From Thelocarpon superellum (Eukaryota): a stretch of DNA of 64,000 nucleotides. The notes under the pieces are model-generated. The model was not told where the DNA came from. It ran no database searches and saw nothing but the letters and a program-made list of their open reading frames with translations. The position numbers and the translations under genes were made by a program. The stretch covers positions 1 to 64,000 of the forward strand of contig JAPEUG010000006.1 of assembly GCA_026025795.1 (NCBI GenBank), written 5' to 3'. Below are positions 57,521-64,000 of the stretch, piece after piece; positions within the stretch are counted from its first letter, which is position 1; every line of letters begins with the position of its first letter.

Positions 57521-59626
57521 ATGGACATGAGTATGGACGGCATGGACATGGCTCCATCCAGCTCCATGTTTATGGGAGCAGGCATGCCCAAACTATTCTA
57601 CCTCCAACAAATGTATTGGGTGATCATTGGTATCACCGTGGGCGTCGCCGCCGTCGTGAATCTGCTCAATGAACTTCTCGCGCACCAGCGCTTACGGGCA
57701 GCGCTTCAACACCACGCCACACCCGCGAAGCCTGCGTCGGTCGTCGCTCGAACGGGTGCGACCATCACCGCCATCGCACGAGAGATCAGCTACGCGTCGC
57801 CGTCACCTCTCCGGATGGGAGGGTTTACACTCCGCCTGCCATCGCTGGGCAAGATCCTCGTGGTGCTAGCCAACTTGGTCGTCTTGATCGTGCTCTGTCT
57901 GTACGGCTTCAACATCACCGACCCGTGGCAATACGAAGACATTGGATACCGCACGGGCCTCATCACCGTCTGTCAGATGCCCTTGCTATTTCTGTTGGCC
58001 GGCAAGAACAACATTATCGGCCTCCTCACCGGCACCAGCTACGAACGACTCAACTGGCTCCATCGGTGGGCGGCACGATGCCTGCTTTTCACCGCTACCC
58101 TTCACATGGGCTACTGGATCACGGACTGGGCACGCTTCGACTACGTCCTTACCAAGATGCAGACCGACTCCATCACGCAGAAGGGGCTGGGGGCATGGGG
58201 GGTGTTGGTCTGGATCGTGTTCAGCTCCATGAGCCCTATTCGAGGCTGGTGCTACGAGTTCTTCCTTCTACAGCACCTTGTCTCATTTGCCGCGTTTGTC
58301 GGTATGGTCTACATCCACACGCCCACCGAAGTGCACGTGTGGATCTGGATCCCTGTCGCCCTCTTGGCCATCGATCGGCTCATCCGGGTGACTGCGGCCC
58401 TCTACATCAACCTGTCTATTTTCCATCCTCGATCGGATCGGGACGACATGAAGGCCGGCCTTTGGGCCTGTCGCGCCGAGCTGGTACCGCTCTCGCACGA
58501 TGCCACGCGCATCATCCTCCGTAATCCGCCTATCAGTTGGCGGCCGGGCCAACATGTATTCCTCTCATGTCATTCCATCATGCCGCTCCAGAGCCACCCT
58601 TTTACCATTGCCTCCATTCCTCAAGATGGCCGGATGGAATTCCTGGTGCGCGCCCAAAAGGGTGGGACCCGGCGCTTGTTCCGAGCCGCCACGAAAGCGC
58701 TTCGTCTCCCTACTTCCGAGGCGGATCTGATCCTTCGAGACGAACGTGCGGTGGCGATCGAAGGCCCGTACGGACGGCTGCGACCGCTGCGACAATTTGA
58801 CAGCGTCGTCTTCTTCGCCGGTAGCACGGGTGCCAGCTTCACGGTGCCACTACTGCGCGATCTGGTACGACAGTGGCAGAGCCCAACCAAGCCGACTAGA
58901 AGATGTTTGATTCTCCCTAGCCAGGTCCCTGGGGCGGCGACAAGACACATCCGCTTCGTCTGGGTGGTTCAAGGCTTGGGGCAGGTGGCCTGGTTCACGG
59001 AGCAGCTCAACGCCGCAGTTCAGGATGTGCAGAATCTCCGTTCGTCGGGATCGAACGTCGAACTGGAGATGAGCATCTATATCACCTGCGACGGTAGCCT
59101 CACCGGGTCCTTGGAGAGAACGCCGAAGCAGTCCTCGTCGTCCGCTCCATCTATCGCGGAGAAGATTGAGGCCAAAGCAGATGAGAAAACGGGTGAAGAT
59201 AAGAAGAACGACACCAACGCCATTCGCGAACGCAAGGTGGCTGCCGAAAGGGTCTCTTGCGGTCCCAATGGTACCTGCTGTTGCACCCAGACCGCGCGAG
59301 ACGAATTGAGCAGCAGCGCGTCAGCACCGAGTCGATGCAATTGCCACTCCAATGCGCCTGCTCTCGCGCCCTTGAGCTCATCCACTCGGGGCCCATTGAC
59401 GCTTCACTCCTCCATCGCGCTCCTTTCTGGACGGCCTCGGCCACGAAATCTCATCCGGACTTCATTGGAACAAGCCCTTGGCGAGAGTGCCGTGGTAGTC
59501 TGCGGGCCAGGAGGCTTGATCTGTGACGTGCGCCGCAGTGTCGTCGCACTGAGTGACGAGAGAGCGGTGCACAAGGGAACGGGGGCTCAGGGTATCTGGC
59601 TGCATTGCGAGGGATTCGGCTTTTGA
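57521..59626 (+). CDS. Ferric/cupric reductase (Fre family)
   Basis: GKNN, heme ligands in LNWLHRW...LHMG and QH...YIH, FAD motif HPFTI, EGPYG, AGSTG, VCGP, HCEGFGF. Intronless ORF. Confidence 0.95.
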   Translation: MDMSMDGMDMAPSSSMFMGAGMPKLFYLQQMYWVIIGITVGVAAVVNLLNELLAHQRLRAALQHHATPAKPASVVARTGATITAIAREISYASPSPLRMGGFTLRLPSLGKILVVLANLVVLIVLCLYGFNITDPWQYEDIGYRTGLITVCQMPLLFLLAGKNNIIGLLTGTSYERLNWLHRWAARCLLFTATLHMGYWITDWARFDYVLTKMQTDSITQKGLGAWGVLVWIVFSSMSPIRGWCYEFFLLQHLVSFAAFVGMVYIHTPTEVHVWIWIPVALLAIDRLIRVTAALYINLSIFHPRSDRDDMKAGLWACRAELVPLSHDATRIILRNPPISWRPGQHVFLSCHSIMPLQSHPFTIASIPQDGRMEFLVRAQKGGTRRLFRAATKALRLPTSEADLILRDERAVAIEGPYGRLRPLRQFDSVVFFAGSTGASFTVPLLRDLVRQWQSPTKPTRRCLILPSQVPGAATRHIRFVWVVQGLGQVAWFTEQLNAAVQDVQNLRSSGSNVELEMSIYITCDGSLTGSLERTPKQSSSSAPSIAEKIEAKADEKTGEDKKNDTNAIRERKVAAERVSCGPNGTCCCTQTARDELSSSASAPSRCNCHSNAPALAPLSSSTRGPLTLHSSIALLSGRPRPRNLIRTSLEQALGESAVVVCGPGGLICDVRRSVVALSDERAVHKGTGAQGIWLHCEGFGF

Positions 59627-59855
59627 TTTGGAGACTTGACGTGGATCTGGCCGGCATGCATCTTAGCTTGTGGCATGGCGGAGTAGTTGGGACGTGACTG
59701 ATGGATTGCTAAATCTCGGGAAAGGGATGAGAGTGTATGGTACAGTGTGGCAGCTTGAACATGTAATCAAATGATGACCGCTGCAAGACGAAACGCCGAA
59801 TCCTATCATGCATCCATCCCTCATGTTTCAATCCTGCTCGCCATGAATGTGTCGT

Positions 59856-60469
59856 TCATGTGGGCGAGTTGAACTCGCGTTTGATCTCCTCTCTCCGTTT
59901 TTGTATCTCGTCCACGCTCTCGGTTCGGTCTCGCCGCGCCATGTCCTGCTTGCGAGCTTCACCCTCGGCTGCCGCCTCCCAAACTATAACCGTAAGGACT
60001 TCATCAGTCGGGAACTTCCTTCGCAGACCCAGCCAGGAAGATGACCAAACACCGTCCCCGGGGGTTAAAGCTCACTTGGTTTGTCTGATTTAGAATACTC
60101 CTTCAATTGGCCAACGAAATCATCGAAATCTTGCTGTCTGGCCTGCCGATTTGCCAGTGATCGTTTCTGGAGGTCAGGGTTGTATTTCTGTACGGACACG
60201 TTAACCACGAGTTCGATCGACTACGGGCGTACCACCGCACGCCTGACACGGGAAAAGCACGGACCTTGAACAGCTCTTCTTCCGTCGGCGTCACCCAGTA
60301 GATCAACGCCGGTCCTCCAATACACATGACGGCCGCTCTGACCGAGCATCAGCGTTGCGTCGGACAGGGCTCCTGTCCACGTAGCACGGTTGCAAGTGCG
60401 AGCTCGGGCCGTTGGACGCGGCAAGACTCACGCAGCGAACATCTTGGCGTACAGTCCGGTACCAGGCAT
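59856..60469 (-). CDS. CBP4: Cytochrome bc1 assembly factor Cbp4; multi-exon
   Basis: [31 protein letters not shown]...[20 protein letters not shown]. Confidence 0.92.
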
Positions 60470-62280
60470 CGTCCTAGCTTTGATTCTGGAGGCTGTCGGA
60501 GGGAATTGAAATGATCTGTCTTTGCGCCTAGCGCAGCGGGATGAAGATGTGGTAGACGGCTTTGACGGCCGATCTCCTCAATGTTTCTCGGGCACGTCGA
60601 TGTCGATGACGGTATCCGGGAGACGAAGCCGACTAAAGTGGCAATCCGCGCGGCCGTTGATGTGGGCGCCCGTAACTACCCTTCTTTCATTTTACCGTGT
60701 GCGGAGTCCCGCCAGCACCGCGTCGGATTTGCCGACCACCGAGTCGCGCGCCCTTGCAGGATCACGTCCAATCTCCGAGGCTACGTGACCAATTACGCCA
60801 ATATGCGATGGGTCAAGACCTCTCCACAACTTCAAGCAAACCCGGCCCTGAGCAACCACGAGAGAGACGTATCCAGGCAAGACTTGTTCGAGTCCGATAT
60901 ACTCGGTCCTCAGACCTGTCGGTGTGTTTCGTCGGGTGATGGAACGGTTTGTGACGTACAGTAGCCCCTGGGCCTACGGCGGTGCTAGGCGGGACTGTGC
61001 AGAGGCGGCACCGTGGATCCTTCTAAATTGGTCCAATTCTACGCCGTTCGCGTGCTCAAGTGAGATCGCACTCCTTTCCGAGGCGGCCAGGGTGCCATGC
61101 CGACGGTGAAATCTCGCGACAATACCTAGCAATACCCAATCAAGATGGCAATATGATCACGAAGCTGGAAGCCAAATAGAAGGGTACGGCGAGCGGCAGC
61201 CCTTCACCACCGATAGCCAGGACCTGACCAGGATCTTGGGCTATTCTGAGCCTCCACCCGAGCTCGAGTCCCGCCAGTGACGCTGCTTCGACCCCAGCAT
61301 CTTGTCTCGTTACTCGTGGGTCATCGTCTTGCATCCTCACAGCACCACCACGGCATCTTGCCCGATCGGGGTGCGAGCCTACGAAGGCCTTCCGTCGCCC
61401 ATTCGCTCGGTCAATTTCTCGCACCTGAGACGGTTAACAATTGGTCCAGATTCTGTAACTCGACCACTCCTGTCACCCCGATCGTACTACATTACGTCGC
61501 AGGGCGCGCCTCACGCGCAGCACCAGGCCCAGGCAAAGTCGCTGCGGTACTACTAGTCACCACACGCAGTCTACGGTCCACGGTCCTAGGACGGACCGGT
61601 ATACGTAGCATGACTATTCTCGGCCACGAAATGCGGCTACGGTCCGAGGCCAAGGCTCGTTCGGGGAGAAGAGCGGCGCAGGCGCAGGTGGAGTAGCAGC
61701 AACGCGGTCTGGACTTCCCGCGCGTTCCCTGGCTGCCTCGGGGGTGGGTACGGGTGGTCCGTCGCGCGTTTGGGATCGACATCCGCCCCACGGACCTTCT
61801 CTAACACGCCGTCTCCACGCACTTACCCCGTCCTCTGGCCCCATTATTGAAGGCTGCACAACGGTACGAGCGCCAAGTACCTGCCTATCCCCCAACCCGT
61901 AGCGATCAAACGTGGTCACGACGCACGCCCAACTGCAATCCACCATTGTAAGCCCTCCAGCCAGCCCAGCCCGCCAGCCGTACCAGTGGAGGCTCGATTC
62001 ATGCACGCGGCCGTCTGATTCGCCAGCGCGAGCACCACCACCGGAACCTCGTTGACTTTCCAATCCCAATCCCCGCCAACACCATCATTCATCCTCCAGC
62101 GTGACTGTCGTCCATGGCCGAGCAGTCCTCCACGCACGCCTCACTCCATCACCTCGACTTTGCCCGTCCCTCATGACCCTTGACGCTGCCGGGGCTCCGC
62201 TGATGGCGAGCTGATGCCGTCTGATCGTGACCGCGACCATCCACCACTGTGATCCGGCGTCTCCGGCGCCGCCACACACC

Positions 62281-64000
62281 ATGGCCTACGAACAGCGCAC
62301 TCAGTATCACCCGCCGTCACGCTCGCACTATGACCATCATCAGCGACAGGCGCCGCTGCCGGCGCAGTATGGTCAAGCATATTCCGGCTACGACGACCAG
62401 CACCGTGGTGGTGGCGATCCATATGCGAATGGCTACACCCAGTCCGACTATGGCCACGCCGCGAACGCGGACGCGAACGCGACCTATGGAGGTGGACGAA
62501 CAGGAGGGGCCGTAGGAGGAGGCATGAGCGCCAACGGCTATTCTCACGAACAGTCCGCGAGCCATCAGGCCGGCCAACAGTGGGAACAGTATTCCTCCAC
62601 CAATGGCCAGCACGCCCAGAATACCCAACGCGCCCACAACGGGTACGCGCAGGACAAATACGCGTACCCGCACGCCTTCGCGACTCCAAATTCAAATGCG
62701 AAGGCAAATGCAAATGCGAATGCGAATGGCTTCCATGGCAATGGCGGACCTGTCGCCGAGGTTCCGGCGACAAACGGCCGATCGTGGCGAGAGCCCGAAA
62801 GCCATGAACCACGATCTCAATCACGAGCGCGGCGAGATCCACCAGCGCCAGCGCCATCGATGGGCTCCACACCCGTGGCGGCGGCGGTTGACACGACACG
62901 TCGAGGCCCACACGCAGAACCGACCCGGGCCAAACCTCCGCCATTGACGTCGACCATCCCCCGCGCCATCGAGCCTTTGCAACGCTCACCCGAGCTGACC
63001 AGCTGGGACAATCCATTTCCCGTCTTTCCCGGCGCTACTACTAAGAAGAAGCCGACACAGGGCGCGGCGCGCGAGAGTTCGAAGAGTAGCGGTTCAGGGG
63101 ACGGTCGGCCAGCTACAGCTCAGAGCAAACGGAGCCATACGCCTTCAAGTAACCATATGCGCCAATCGAGCGAGTCTGAGCGTTCGCACCAGGAGCCTCG
63201 CAATCACCACTATGAGAGTGGGGGTCGGAGCCAGTACCCGCACTTTACGTCGCCCTCGGAACTCGGCTTCGAAGACCGAAGAGGGCCCGAACAACTGGAC
63301 GACCGCTTTACTCCGCCTGCCTCTGCCGAGTACCGGGACCATGCCTATCCACTCGAAGACCTACGTCGCCCCACGCCTGGCCACGACGAACGACGGCAGG
63401 AGCCTTCCTATCCGCAGCGAACCTTCAGTCCACCGCAGCAGCCACCGCAGCAGGTCATGCGAAGTGCCTCCGACGACTATGTCAGCCAGAGGCCGCAGGT
63501 TGATCCTCGCCAGCCGACGGTGCGCCCCGGGGTGCCACCGCAACGGTCGAGCCCAACGGAATGGGAGAACCCCAACGTGCGACATCACCTCCCGCCTCGG
63601 CCCGCCACATCCAACACCAGCCGGCCGGCATGGCCAGACCGATCACAGTCCAGCGATGAGAGCAGGCCATCCGGTCATCAAAGAAGGGAGCCTGCGCCGC
63701 GCCCGGCTGAGCTCCCGCTCCGGCAGCCTCAACGATCCAACACTTATGATGCACCGCCGCAGCGCTCCCATACCTACGATCCTACTCTGGCGCCTTCCAA
63801 CCATTACGATCCACCCCAGCCCAGCCCCAACCTGGCACCACCATCGACCGGATATGATCCCTTTGGCCCACCGCCGAGGAGTCCGGAGGAGATGCCCAAT
63901 TTTGACGCCATTCCCATGCATCCTCCCAACCGACGTAGAGGCAGTTCTTTTGAAGAGCATCTCCCGCCCGCTGGACGTGATGGGCCTCCCCTTCCTCTGC
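62281..64000 (+). CDS. Low-complexity N-terminus of a large protein (3'-partial), possibly a paxillin-like LIM-domain protein
   Basis: Frame from ATG 62281 (MAYEQRTQY...) appears open to the window end, with SWDNPFPVFP and MPNFDAI motifs. No LIM domain is visible inside the window, so the family call is weak. Confidence 0.6.
   Translation, partial: MAYEQRTQYHPPSRSHYDHHQRQAPLPAQYGQAYSGYDDQHRGGGDPYANGYTQSDYGHAANADANATYGGGRTGGAVGGGMSANGYSHEQSASHQAGQQWEQYSSTNGQHAQNTQRAHNGYAQDKYAYPHAFATPNSNAKANANANANGFHGNGGPVAEVPATNGRSWREPESHEPRSQSRARRDPPAPAPSMGSTPVAAAVDTTRRGPHAEPTRAKPPPLTSTIPRAIEPLQRSPELTSWDNPFPVFPGATTKKKPTQGAARESSKSSGSGDGRPATAQSKRSHTPSSNHMRQSSESERSHQEPRNHHYESGGRSQYPHFTSPSELGFEDRRGPEQLDDRFTPPASAEYRDHAYPLEDLRRPTPGHDERRQEPSYPQRTFSPPQQPPQQVMRSASDDYVSQRPQVDPRQPTVRPGVPPQRSSPTEWENPNVRHHLPPRPATSNTSRPAWPDRSQSSDESRPSGHQRREPAPRPAELPLRQPQRSNTYDAPPQRSHTYDPTLAPSNHYDPPQPSPNLAPPSTGYDPFGPPPRSPEEMPNFDAIPMHPPNRRRGSSFEEHLPPAGRDGPPLPL

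Noticed and set aside
59856..60469. CBP4 as a member of the copper cluster
   Set aside because: Cbp4 assembles the heme/Fe-S bc1 complex, not copper-dependent cytochrome oxidase; adjacency is probably incidental.
1..64000. tRNA/rRNA genes or a Starship captain recombinase
   Set aside because: None recognised by eye; tRNAscan, Rfam and HMM searches are needed to exclude them.

Overview
GC-rich, intron-containing nuclear DNA from a filamentous ascomycete (Pezizomycotina-like; species not determinable by eye). Host genes left to right: HSK3 (partial), an SVL3/PAM1-type ketopantoate-reductase-like gene, SUB2, an RPR2/Rpp21-family gene, a histidine acid phosphatase, mtfA, an FMN-dependent lactate 2-monooxygenase-like gene, a CNL1-like gene, REC8, DBF2, a large RRM protein, FMP46, a five-exon orphan, a NUP53-like gene, a BIM1/X325-like gene, a Ctr transporter, a Fre reductase, CBP4, and a partial gene at the right edge. 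A 9.2-kb decayed Ty3/gypsy chromovirus (8854-18015) has three LTRs inside one CAGAC target-site duplication, a Tf1-type self-priming site and a spliced antisense Cys-rich accessory gene. It shows C-to-T decay biased to CpG/CAG and may interrupt a relic RNA-dependent RNA polymerase gene. The strongest candidate system is a compact copper-acquisition cluster (BIM1/X325-like His-brace GPI protein + Ctr + Met-rich Fre) with an inverted pair of Mac1-type elements in the shared Ctr/Fre promoter. SUB2 intron 1 has long-range pairing between its ends. All calls come from manual reading and remembered family motifs; no searches were run.
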